Shown here in pieces: positions 18,205 through 26,203 of a stretch of 32,000 bases of DNA. The stretch covers positions 1,652,551 through 1,684,550 of the forward strand of contig NZ_CM001976.1 in the NCBI RefSeq assembly GCF_000406145.1, written 5' to 3'. Every line of letters starts with the position of its first letter. Within the stretch, counting starts at the first letter, position 1. Source of the stretch: Dickeya dadantii NCPPB 898 (GTDB taxonomy: Bacteria; Pseudomonadota; Gammaproteobacteria; Enterobacterales; Enterobacteriaceae). A model generated the notes under the pieces. The model did no database searches and was not told the origin of the DNA. It saw only the letters and a program-made list of their open reading frames with translations. The translations under genes and the position numbers were made by a program.

Positions 18205-18726
18205 TTAGGTCTGGTTTAGCGGCGTGGCCGCCGGTGCCGTTGATGAGAACAGCCGGGACAGATCCGCGTGCATGGCTGCGGCGATCAATCGAAAATCGTG
18301 TTCGCTGATGGAGAACAGACCAACGCGCAACGCGTAGCCCCAGTTCGTCCGGCCGGCGGTGAATTCAAGCTGGTTCAGCAGTGGCCGGATGGCTGTTTCC
18401 ACGCTATCCACCCAGTCGACGTCGCGGCGATGCGGCTCGAAGCCGTCCCCCATGTCGAACCGGTAGGGCTCGCCGCAGTTAATGATGCCGATAGCCGTGA
18501 AGCGCTGGTGGCGTTCCTTCCCTTTGAACGTCTGGTTGGGGGAGTAATAGGCGAATCCGTCGCCGGGCCGGGCGCGTTTCAGGGCGCTGAGCTTGCCGTG
18601 GCAGACCTGAATGTATCCCCCGTCGAGCGCGTGCCGGACGTGTTCGGCGGAAACCACGCCGACCCAGTAACGGCGCGGCTGGGGCTGGTCATGGGGCGAT
18701 AACGTGAATGGGGTAGGGGATAGCAT
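18205..18726 (-). CDS. EVE (PUA-like) domain protein, 173 aa
   Basis: YWVGVVSAEHVRHALDGGYIQVCHGKLSALKRARPGDGFAYYSP fits the EVE-domain pattern as I remember it. AAGGA lies about 6 nt before the ATG at 18726. The longer listed ORF (to 19110) overlaps the GGDEF gene out of frame and is rejected. Confidence 0.7.
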   Translation of the reverse strand: MLSPTPFTLSPHDQPQPRRYWVGVVSAEHVRHALDGGYIQVCHGKLSALKRARPGDGFAYYSPNQTFKGKERHQRFTAIGIINCGEPYRFDMGDGFEPHRRDVDWVDSVETAIRPLLNQLEFTAGRTNWGYALRVGLFSISEHDFRLIAAAMHADLSRLFSSTAPAATPLNQT

Positions 18727-18850
18727 GGCGTTTCCTTCTCGGTTGGGTACCCGAAAAGGTACGCGCGGCAACTGACAGATTGTGTCAGCAGTCGTTGCCA
18801 TCGGGTCTTTCCTGCCGTGATTTCGGCTCGCACCATTTCTTGTGTGGTCG

Positions 18851-20263
18851 CTATTGAATGGTGCGGTTACGCCCTTCGCGCTTAGCGGTGTAGAGGTTTT
18901 TATCCGCCAGCGGAAACAGCTCATGCACCGTGTCCACCAGGTATTTTCCCGACGTCGGCGCATGCGCGATGCCGATGCTGACGGTGACCGGCACCGGCTG
19001 CTGATTGAACATAAACGGGGTCTGCTGGATGGTCTGGCGTAGCCCGTCGGCCAGTCGATAAAACGCCGACGGGCTGTAATTGAAGCAGACCACGGCGAAC
19101 TCTTCTCCACCGATGCGGCTGACCAGCCCCTGCGAGGGAACGGCCTGTTTGATCACGCCCGCCACCTGACGCAGGATTTCATCACCGCAGTCGTGCCCGA
19201 AGCTGTCGTTGATGTTTTTGAAATGGTCGATGTCGATCAGCATGATGTTGACCGCGTTTTGCAGCGCTTTGATGCTCCGGTCTTGTGCCGTCAGCGCTTC
19301 GCTAAAGCCGTAGCGCGACAGGGTCTCGGTGAGAAAATCATGGCTGGCCTGTTGCAGCAGGCGGGCGTTCAACTGGCGAATGGTGCGGGCGTTGGTGGCC
19401 ATCATCAGCGGGCTGAAGATAGTGGCGGCGATGCCGATGCGGGCGATGGTGACCTGATGCATAAACAGCGGATCTTGCGAACCATACAGCGCGTAAACAT
19501 GTTCTGCCGTCAGAATCAGCTCGGCGGATCCGATACACAACGTAATCAAGCGAACCAGCCACAGCGGATAGACGATGGCGCACCAGGTCAGCGCCGGTAA
19601 CGGAAACGCCAGAATGGCGACCGGGCCGAGCAGCGGGGCCACGCAGATCGACAGCAGCAACAACAACAGCGGCAGCGCGTCCGACAGCCGCAGCGCCGGC
19701 AAACGCAGCGGGATTTGGCTGCGCAGGGTCAACAGTAGCGGCAGGAACAGCACCGCGGTGTAGAACTGATCGCTGAACCAGTTGAGAAAGTTACTGCGAA
19801 ACACCGCGGCCGGAAAACGGGGCCAGGGCTGTTGCGCCAGCGCGCCGACGATGCCGCAGGCCAGCGCCGCTATCATGCAGGCGACGAAGACATACAGCGA
19901 GCTGATCATGTCGGTTTCCCGGCGGGCCAGGAAACCGGGCCAGTTGAGCAACTGGGTGAGGACGAAGATAAACGCGATATTAGCGGAATTGATGGTAAAC
20001 GCGGTCAGTCCCCAGCCGTAAAACAGGGAGTCCTGCAGGATCATCGCCGCGTAAGATACGGCGTAATACCAGGGATTATTCAGATACCGGCAGCGGTAAA
20101 ACAGCGCGGCGACGATGATGTTCACCGGCCAGAATACGGACAGGTCAAGGTCGGAAAGCCGGGTGTGCGCGCCGATGCTGCAGCCAATCAGCGTTACCAT
20201 GAAGACGTTCAGGCTGTTTAACCCGGTGCTGTCGTTTTTAAATAAAGCCAAATTCAGATGCAT
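18851..20263 (-). CDS. Diguanylate cyclase: N-terminal polytopic membrane (MASE-type) domain plus GGDEF domain, 470 aa
   Basis: About 290 aa of hydrophobic helices, then the GGDEF domain LIDIDHFKNINDSFGHDCGDEILRQVA...RIGGEEFAV...DKNLYTAKREGRNR. No RxxD I-site five residues upstream of GGEEF (the sequence there is PSQGLVSRIGGEEF). Confidence 0.85.
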   Translation of the reverse strand: MHLNLALFKNDSTGLNSLNVFMVTLIGCSIGAHTRLSDLDLSVFWPVNIIVAALFYRCRYLNNPWYYAVSYAAMILQDSLFYGWGLTAFTINSANIAFIFVLTQLLNWPGFLARRETDMISSLYVFVACMIAALACGIVGALAQQPWPRFPAAVFRSNFLNWFSDQFYTAVLFLPLLLTLRSQIPLRLPALRLSDALPLLLLLLSICVAPLLGPVAILAFPLPALTWCAIVYPLWLVRLITLCIGSAELILTAEHVYALYGSQDPLFMHQVTIARIGIAATIFSPLMMATNARTIRQLNARLLQQASHDFLTETLSRYGFSEALTAQDRSIKALQNAVNIMLIDIDHFKNINDSFGHDCGDEILRQVAGVIKQAVPSQGLVSRIGGEEFAVVCFNYSPSAFYRLADGLRQTIQQTPFMFNQQPVPVTVSIGIAHAPTSGKYLVDTVHELFPLADKNLYTAKREGRNRTIQ

Positions 20264-20779
20264 GCCGTCAATCCACTGTCAGTTTATAGCCTTCCCCTGG
20301 CGCTAGGTCGCTGTCGGCCTTTGCTGCGTGCTGGCAGCGGCGGGTCATGCGTAGAGCCGGTATGATACCTTGCTAAAGGTAAAGGGCATGATTATAGGTA
20401 AAAGGTATGAAAAAAAGCCTGTTTGGCGCTGTTTCTCTTCTATTTTATTTCTGACAATTCGTTATGAGCAATAAAACGAATATGGGGTAGTGTGTCCCTT
20501 TGTGATCGAGATTGCCGGCGCGGAATGGGACATGGTTGTCGGGGCGGGAAGATCATGCCGGAACCGGCTAAACCTGCCGCGGCATTGGCCTGTTTCCGGT
20601 CGCATCGACGTGCTCGACGGTACGAGAGATAAAAGAGGAGAGGGTGGCGGGGTAGTCGGCGTGGGTTATCGCGTTAGCTGGCATCCGGTCGCATGGCGTT
20701 TCGTTATGAGCGCCGTACGGTTTTATGCTTTTTAATCGTGTCACAGTGATATCGGGCATTAACTTTTTCTCACATTAAT

Positions 20780-20839
20780 TTTCCCGTCAATAATTGTTCC
20801 GTCAATATCTGTTCCGTCAATATCTGTTCCGTCGATAAA
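20780..20839. repeat. 15-bp tandem repeat, four copies (TGTTCCGTCAATATC)
   Basis: Copies at 20780-20794 (tttcccgtcaataat), 20795-20809 and 20810-20824 (both exact TGTTCCGTCAATATC) and 20825-20839 (tgttccgtcgataaa). Confidence 0.9.
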
Positions 20840-20982
20840 AACAGCGCAATGAGAATTATCAGGCCGCCGGAGATCCGGCTGACGATTTGCGCCGCCCTGG
20901 GGCGCGTCTGCAGCACAACCTTTGAGCCATACCCAACCAGCGAATAGACCGCCCCACGGCTGAATATATGCGGTGAGAGGTG
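20833..20982 (-). pseudogene. Possible 3' remnant of a LysE/RhtB-family amino-acid exporter gene
   Basis: The minus-strand frame reads ...HLSPHIFSRGAVYSLVGYGSKVVLQTRPRAAQIVSRISGGLIILIALFLS. This resembles the last TM hairpin of LysE-family proteins (pattern Y.L.G....R.P.A.....R..G.l.i.lg..L, from memory). No start codon or upstream part exists, because the frame runs into the ABC permease gene. Confidence 0.35.
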
Positions 20983-21002
20983 TCGGGAGGCATGGCGCCG
21001 TA

Positions 21003-22589
21003 TCAGCGGAAGCGCCAGGCAGTCAGACGCCGTTCCGCCAGCGTGATGAGCCGATAAAATAGTGTGCTGACCAGTGCTATCAGCACCACGCCGGCGATCA
21101 CCCGTTCCGACTGGAACAGTTGCTGGGCGCGGATCATCATGCTGCCAATACCGTTGCCGGAAGCGATGAAGTATTCCGCGCCGATGGTGCCGACCCAGGC
21201 GTGCATCAGCGACAAGCGTAGCCCGGAGAACAGCGCCGGCAGCATCGCCGGCAACGTCAGCCACCGCAGCCGCTGCCGCGCGCTGAGGCGCAACACGCGC
21301 GCGGTTTCCAGCAGCGACGGCGGCAGATGGCGAACGCCCTGATAGCTTGCCAGCAGCGCGGGGAAAAACGCTGCCAGCGCGATGAACACCACTTTGGCGC
21401 TCTCTTCCATCCCGAACCAGGCGGTGAGCAGCGGCAGCCAGGCGAACAGCGCGACGCTGCGCAGCGCGGAGAGCAGCGGCGTCAGCAGACGATCGGCCAC
21501 GCGGTGGCGACCCAGCAGACCGCCCAACAGGCAGCCCAGGCCGGCTCCCAGCGCGAACCCCGCCAGCGTGCGGGACAGGCTGGCGCTCAGCGCGGAGGTC
21601 AATTCCCCGCTGCTCAACCCGGCCAGCAAGGCGGTCACCACCTCACGAGGCGCGGGCAGAAACGCGGCATGCACCCATTGCCGATCCGTGGCAAGTTGCC
21701 AGAGCAGGCACAATAGCGCGGGCAGGATCCAGCCGGCCAGCGCGTGCCAGGCGGCGTGCGGCGTCGGGCTTTCGTGGCTCAGCACCGGCGCAGGCCAGAA
21801 AATCCAGCGCCGTTCCAGCCGTTGCAGCGCCTGCTCGCCCGCCAGACCGAACGCGCCGATCGCCAGTATGCAGACGAACACCAGATCCAGCATAAACAGC
21901 TGACGACTTTGCACCATCAGGTAACCCAGCCCTTCGCTGGATGCCAGCAACTCCACCGCGATCAACGACACCCAGCCTTGCGAGAACGCCAGCCGCGCGC
22001 CGGTCATCACGTACGGCAGCATGGCGGGGATCACCAACCGGCGCAGCCGGGTCAACCGGGGCAGGCGCAGCGTGCGCGCCATCTCGTAGAGTGTCTGCGG
22101 CGTCTGGCGGATGCCGGCGCAGGTGCACAGCGTGACCGGCACCGTCACCGCCTTGATCAGCACCACCAGTTTCAGCGCTTCGCCGATACCCAGCGCCAGC
22201 ATCAACAGCGGGATCCAGGCCAGCGTCGGGATTTGCGCCAGCACGTTGAACAGCGGCATGCCGAGCCGGTCCAGCGTGCGGCTAAGGCCAAACAGCACGC
22301 CGAGCGTCAGGCCGAGCGCGATGCCGCCCGCCAGCCCGAACGCCAGCCGGGCAAGGCTAACCAGTAACTGGGGTGCCAGCTCCTGCGGAATGAAGTCGCG
22401 CGCGCTGTCCGCCACAGTGGCGGGGGAAGGCAGAATTTGTTCCGACATCCAGTCGTAATGGCTGGCGAGCCACCAGCCGCACACCAGCAGCAGCGGCATC
22501 AGCAGTGCGCCGCACGCCGCCGACAGCGGGGCGAACGACCACGGGCGCGGCGGGTTAAGCGTCAGTTTGGGCATCGTCGACATCGTCAT
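21003..22589 (-). CDS. Fused ABC transporter permease with two tandem NitT/TauT-family (SsuC/TauC-like) transmembrane domains, 528 aa
   Basis: There are two homologous halves, each with an EAA-type loop: YEMARTLRLPRLTRLRRLVIPAMLPYVMTGARLAF and LETARVLRLSARQRLRWLTLPAMLPALFSGLRLSL. The start lies 12 nt after the exbD stop. Confidence 0.85.
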   Translation of the reverse strand: MTMSTMPKLTLNPPRPWSFAPLSAACGALLMPLLLVCGWWLASHYDWMSEQILPSPATVADSARDFIPQELAPQLLVSLARLAFGLAGGIALGLTLGVLFGLSRTLDRLGMPLFNVLAQIPTLAWIPLLMLALGIGEALKLVVLIKAVTVPVTLCTCAGIRQTPQTLYEMARTLRLPRLTRLRRLVIPAMLPYVMTGARLAFSQGWVSLIAVELLASSEGLGYLMVQSRQLFMLDLVFVCILAIGAFGLAGEQALQRLERRWIFWPAPVLSHESPTPHAAWHALAGWILPALLCLLWQLATDRQWVHAAFLPAPREVVTALLAGLSSGELTSALSASLSRTLAGFALGAGLGCLLGGLLGRHRVADRLLTPLLSALRSVALFAWLPLLTAWFGMEESAKVVFIALAAFFPALLASYQGVRHLPPSLLETARVLRLSARQRLRWLTLPAMLPALFSGLRLSLMHAWVGTIGAEYFIASGNGIGSMMIRAQQLFQSERVIAGVVLIALVSTLFYRLITLAERRLTAWRFR

Positions 22590-22601
22590 GGCGTGCGGTG
22601 T

Positions 22602-23003
22602 TTACTTGCGGGTTAGTAACGACAAACGGGTGATGCCCGCTTTTTCCAGATCGGCCAGCAGCGCGGCCACCGCGCCATAGTTGGCGGCGTCTTCCGCCTG
22701 CACCTGCACCACCAGCTCCGGATTGGCGGCTTTGGCCTGTTGCAGGCGCGCCGTCAACGCTTCGCGGGGCAGCGCTTCCTTGTCGATAAACAGCTGCTGC
22801 GACGCATCAAGGCTTACCACCAGCGGACGCGGCGAATCGGCCGGCGCCACCGCCGCCGTTTTGGGCAGGCGAATCGGGATGCTGTTGGTCAGCATCGGCG
22901 CGGTGACGATAAACACCACCAGCAGCACCAGCATCACGTCCACCAGCGGGGTGATGTTCATTTCGCTCATCACCTCGTCATTGTCGCGGGAAGCAAACGC
23001 CAT
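22602..23003 (-). CDS. exbD: ExbD/TolR-family biopolymer transport protein, 133 aa
   Basis: MSEMNITPLVDVMLVLLVVFIVTAP (conserved Asp within the TM helix) plus a periplasmic domain. 2 nt gap to exbB. Confidence 0.85.
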   Translation of the reverse strand: MAFASRDNDEVMSEMNITPLVDVMLVLLVVFIVTAPMLTNSIPIRLPKTAAVAPADSPRPLVVSLDASQQLFIDKEALPREALTARLQQAKAANPELVVQVQAEDAANYGAVAALLADLEKAGITRLSLLTRK

Positions 23004-23005
23004 GA

Positions 23006-23704
23006 TTACACCACCTCCCGGATCGTCTGCACCGCATACGGCGCGGCCGGTTGCTCCGGGGCGAGGCGGAACTCCTGCGCCTGCGCCACGCTATAAATGT
23101 CATGGGCAAAGTCGTCCATGTCGGCCACTTCCAGCTTCAGCCGGCGCAGAAAATAGTTGTAAATCAGCACCGCGGGCACAGCCACCGCGATGCCGATACC
23201 GGTGGCGATCAACGCATTGCCGATAGGACCGGCGACGGTGTCCAGACTGGCGGAGCCAGACTGACCAATGGTCTGCAACGCCGCCATGATGCCCCACACG
23301 GTGCCGAACAGGCCGATGAACGGCGAGGTGGTGCCGATGCTGGCCAGCAACGCCAGGCCGTTTTCCAGCGCGCGACGCTCGCGCTGGATTTGCTGCTGCA
23401 ACGCCCGCTCGACCCGGTCTTGCAGATGCGCGATCGGCGTGATGCGGTCTTTCACCCGTTCCAGCGTCAGCTGTGTGGCGCGCGCCAGGTTCGCCAGCGC
23501 GCCGGGATGGGCGACATCGCGCAGCGCGGCGTCGATGTTTTCCCGCTGCCAGAACAGCTGGCGGAACTGTTGATTACGCCGCCGCTGGCGGGCGTACTGC
23601 GCCAGTTTGAGCAGCCCGATGGACCAGGTGACGAGCGAGAAAAACAGCAGCAACAGGATCACGCCCCCTTCCGGGGACAGCAGAGCGATATGTTCGAGCG
23701 TCAT
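23006..23704 (-). CDS. exbB: MotA/TolQ/ExbB-family proton channel protein, 232 aa
   Basis: LASIGTTSPFIGLFGTVWGIMAAL...AGPIGNALIATGIGIAVAVPAVLIYNYF is the ExbB signature region. The start lies 13 nt after the tonB stop. Confidence 0.9.
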   Translation of the reverse strand: MTLEHIALLSPEGGVILLLLFFSLVTWSIGLLKLAQYARQRRRNQQFRQLFWQRENIDAALRDVAHPGALANLARATQLTLERVKDRITPIAHLQDRVERALQQQIQRERRALENGLALLASIGTTSPFIGLFGTVWGIMAALQTIGQSGSASLDTVAGPIGNALIATGIGIAVAVPAVLIYNYFLRRLKLEVADMDDFAHDIYSVAQAQEFRLAPEQPAAPYAVQTIREVV

Positions 23705-23717
23705 AATAGGGATGCCT

Positions 23718-24590
23718 CTATGAGTTCAGGGTGAAATCGACAGGAACCACGACCCAGCCGCTTTCCGGCTGGTCGCCCCGGCGGGCCGGTACGAACGACC
23801 AGTGCTGCACCGCCTCGCGGGCGGCGGCGTCCAACGTCGGGTATCCGCTGGAGCGTTGCAGACGAATGGTTTGCACTTTGCCGTCCGGCCGCACCTGGAC
23901 ATTGAGCAACACCGTGCCTTCCCAGCCACGGTTAATCGCTACGTCCGGGTAAGCGGGCGGCGGGTTGCGCAGATAGGCGGCGCTGGCGGAAGGCGGCGTC
24001 ACCGGTGCAGTCGCCGTTGGCGTTGCGGCGGGAGTGGTCGAAGCGGTATTGACGGGCGCGCTCTGCGGCGCAGGCGCTGCCGGCTGGCGCGGCGTCGCCG
24101 GTTTTTTCGCTATCGGTTTGACCGGTTTGGGCGTCTTCACCTGCGCGGTTTCATGGACGCGCGTGGGTTGCGGCGGCGTTAGCGCCTGTTCATCCACCGG
24201 CGGTTCGACAGCAGGCGGCGGTTCGTCCGGCGTGCTCTCGGCCACCGGCGTCGGTTCCGGCGGCATGGTTTGGGACAATATTGCTTGGGACGGTATTGCT
24301 TCAGCCGGCGTAGCCTCAGCCGGTGCGGCGGCGAATTCGATGGTGACCGGCAGCGGGCGCGGCGGCACCAGCGTCGGCGCCGACGGTCGCAACGCCAGCG
24401 GCACCAGCACCGCGGCGTGCAGCGCCAGCGCCAGCGTCAGGGTGAGCCACCTTTCCGACCGTCGCCCGGACAAGGCGGCCGGCCAGGCCGGCGCAATAGC
24501 GCGGGCGGCAGCCGGTCGGGGGGATGCGCCGCTGCCCGATGTGTCCGGCCAGTTGACGCTGGCAGCCCCGGCGTACAGGGGATGAGTCAT
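23718..24590 (-). CDS. tonB: TonB-family energy transducer (locus-specific paralogue), 290 aa
   Basis: From Met49 of the listed ORF: the TM helix WLTLTLALALHAAVLVPLAL contains the conserved His. A long Pro/Ala/Thr-rich spacer follows (PPEPTPVAESTPDEPPPAVEPP..KTPKPVKPIAKKP). The C-terminal TonB domain reads YPDVAINRGWEGTVLLNVQVRPDGKV..SSGYPTLDAAAREAV. GAGGAG lies 10 nt before the ATG at 24590. Confidence 0.8.
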   Translation of the reverse strand: MTHPLYAGAASVNWPDTSGSGASPRPAAARAIAPAWPAALSGRRSERWLTLTLALALHAAVLVPLALRPSAPTLVPPRPLPVTIEFAAAPAEATPAEAIPSQAILSQTMPPEPTPVAESTPDEPPPAVEPPVDEQALTPPQPTRVHETAQVKTPKPVKPIAKKPATPRQPAAPAPQSAPVNTASTTPAATPTATAPVTPPSASAAYLRNPPPAYPDVAINRGWEGTVLLNVQVRPDGKVQTIRLQRSSGYPTLDAAAREAVQHWSFVPARRGDQPESGWVVVPVDFTLNS

Positions 24591-25032
24591 GATGGCGTTA
24601 CTCCTCAAGAAAGCTGGCGCCGCGAATATCCGCGTGGCTGAGCATCGGTTGGATCGGGTTTTAGCGAAAATACCGGACCATAAATAACGATTAACCAGAA
24701 AAGATAAATAACGGTTTTGTCGATTCTTAATCATTTGCTTTTGATGTCAAATGCCATATCTCGCTATCAATATGCCGTCTTTTATCAATTGAGTCGGCTG
24801 GGGTTTCTGTAGCGTCAGCCGTTATTTAGTTTCCCGGTTAGATGGCATTTACCCTAATCGTCGGCGGGAAAAAAAGGCTAATGCATCATCGGTATAGTTT
24901 TTTTGCGTTTGCTGCATGAGGCGGGCAACGCCGATATTTCCTGTTTTAGTTAATTCATAAAAATACAAATGCCATTTTTATATTAGCCAGTTTATTCCCC
25001 ACCCTTTAAATGTTGCCGAAGCAAACACAACG

Positions 25033-25076
25033 ATAGATCAGCGCAGCAATAGATCAGCGCAATCCAATCCGCTGAT
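25033..25076. promoter_or_regulatory. Direct plus inverted repeat cluster just upstream of the binding-protein gene; candidate regulator site or leader hairpin
   Basis: ATAGATCAGCGCA occurs at 25033-25045 and again at 25049-25061 (16-bp period). ATCAGCG (25053-25059) is inverted as CGCTGAT (25070-25076) with a 10-nt loop. The cluster ends 22 nt before the ATG at 25099. Confidence 0.4.
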
Positions 25077-25098
25077 GACGTTTCACTCTGGGGGAAAT

Positions 25099-26112
25099 AT
25101 GAAGCAAACGGGAAAACACTGGTTACTGTCCGGCCTGCTGGCCTTAACGACGTTCTGGCACGTGGGAGCGCAGGCGGCGAGCGCCACCGAGATCCGCATT
25201 GCGGTGTCGGATATCGGCGCTGGTTCTCAACCGAGCGGCGGCGGGCTGGTGGATCTGATTTTCAGTCAGAAACGGCTGGAGCGGGAGTTCGCCCGCGACG
25301 GCATTAGCGTTCGCTGGTTGTTTATCAAAGGCGCCGGGCCGGTGATCAACGAAGGCTTCGCCAACCATCAGATCGATATGGCGTATCTGGGCGATCTGGC
25401 CAGTATTATCGGCCGTTCGCGCGGGCTGGACTCGGTGGTGATTGGCGCGGCGGCGCGCGGGGTCAACCACTATCTGGCGGTGTCCCGCGGTTCGCCGATC
25501 CACCGGCTGGAGGATCTGAAAGGCAAGCGGGTGGGGTTGTTTCGCGGCACCGCGGCGGAACTGTCGTTCGTTACCGCGCTGCACTCCCGCGGGCTGAGCG
25601 AGTCGGACATGAAAATCATTAATCTGGACTTCGCCGCCGCCAGCGCCGCGCTGGCCGCCGGCCAGATTGACGCCACCTGGGGCGGCAGCAACGCGCTGGC
25701 GCTGCGCGATAAAGGGTTGGCGGATATCGCGGTATCAACCCGTGATTTGCAGGGCGCGGGGCAGTTGACCGGGTTGATTCTGGTCGACGGCAATTTTGCC
25801 CGCCAGAATCAGGATCTGCTGGCGCGTATTATTAAGGTACAGAAAGAAGCCTCCACGTGGGCCAGTCAACCTGCCAATCGGGATAATTATATTCAGCTGC
25901 TGGCGACGCAATCCGGTTATCCGGAAAAATTACTGCGCGAAGATTTGGACGATATGCCGCCGTTATCCCAATTATTATCGCCGGAGTTGGACCCCGCGTT
26001 TGTCGCTATTCTCAAACAATCCGTTGCGCTGGCGTATGAGGCGAAATTAATCCGTAAATCCTTTTCGGTGGAGGAATGGCTTGATAGCGCATTTTTAAAA
26101 CGTCAGCGCTGA
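25099..26112 (+). CDS. Periplasmic substrate-binding protein of the NitT/TauT ABC family (SsuA/AtsR/NMT1-like), 337 aa
   Basis: Sec signal MKQTGKHWLLSGLLALTTFWHVGAQA. The body (IRIAVSDIG..., DLKGKRVGLFRGTAAE, GQIDATWGG) follows the sulfonate/sulfate-ester/nitrate binding-protein pattern. GGGGGA precedes the ATG at 25099, which I prefer over 25075. Confidence 0.8.
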   Translation: MKQTGKHWLLSGLLALTTFWHVGAQAASATEIRIAVSDIGAGSQPSGGGLVDLIFSQKRLEREFARDGISVRWLFIKGAGPVINEGFANHQIDMAYLGDLASIIGRSRGLDSVVIGAAARGVNHYLAVSRGSPIHRLEDLKGKRVGLFRGTAAELSFVTALHSRGLSESDMKIINLDFAAASAALAAGQIDATWGGSNALALRDKGLADIAVSTRDLQGAGQLTGLILVDGNFARQNQDLLARIIKVQKEASTWASQPANRDNYIQLLATQSGYPEKLLREDLDDMPPLSQLLSPELDPAFVAILKQSVALAYEAKLIRKSFSVEEWLDSAFLKRQR

Positions 26113-26141
26113 TTTATCTTTCATTTATTATTTTCTTCTCT

Positions 26142-26188
26142 CCGCCTTATTTATTGTCGCGCTGGCGCGGCAAGGGCGGCTTTATTTA
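26142..26188 (+). terminator. Possible attenuator or partial terminator between the binding-protein and receptor genes
   Basis: CCGCCTT (26142-26148) pairs with AAGGGCGG (26172-26179), enclosing an inner CGCGC/GCGCG hairpin, and is followed by CTTTATTTAAAAA. Confidence 0.3.
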
Positions 26189-26203
26189 AAAACTGGGGTG
26201 GAT

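Noticed and set aside
18727-19110. N-terminal 128-codon extension of the listed 301-aa ORF (EVE gene)
   Set aside because: It overlaps the 3' end of the GGDEF gene out of frame and has odd composition. An internal ATG at 18726 with AAGGA upstream gives a normal-sized EVE protein.
20388-20759. Small ORFs upstream of the GGDEF gene: 28-aa and 15-aa mini-ORFs at about 20388/20407, an 81-aa plus-strand ORF (20490..20735) and a 63-aa minus-strand ORF (20568..20759)
   Set aside because: They have no proper SD spacing and no recognisable motifs. They overlap one another and lie in what looks like promoter or spacer DNA. The imperfect direct repeat AGGTAAAGGGCATGA / AGGTAAAAGGTATGA is noted but unsupported as functional.
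20780-20839. CRISPR array, considered for this array and for the arrays at 31381-31438 and 13326-13395
   Set aside because: The units are contiguous head-to-tail with no spacers, are only 14-16 bp long, and no cas genes are present. They are simple tandem repeats.
20770-21264. 164-aa minus-strand ORF ending TEQILTEQILTEQLLTGKLM
   Set aside because: It is not a gene as listed. Its 5' part overlaps the permease out of frame and its 3' end is just the translated tandem repeat. Only the middle (20833-20982) is kept, as a possible LysE-family remnant.
24591-25098. Fur box in the divergent tonB / binding-protein control region
   Set aside because: The best by-eye matches to GATAATGATAATCATTATC were about 10-11 of 19 positions (around 24704-24722 and 24727-24745), which is not convincing. 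This needs a PWM scan to be sure.
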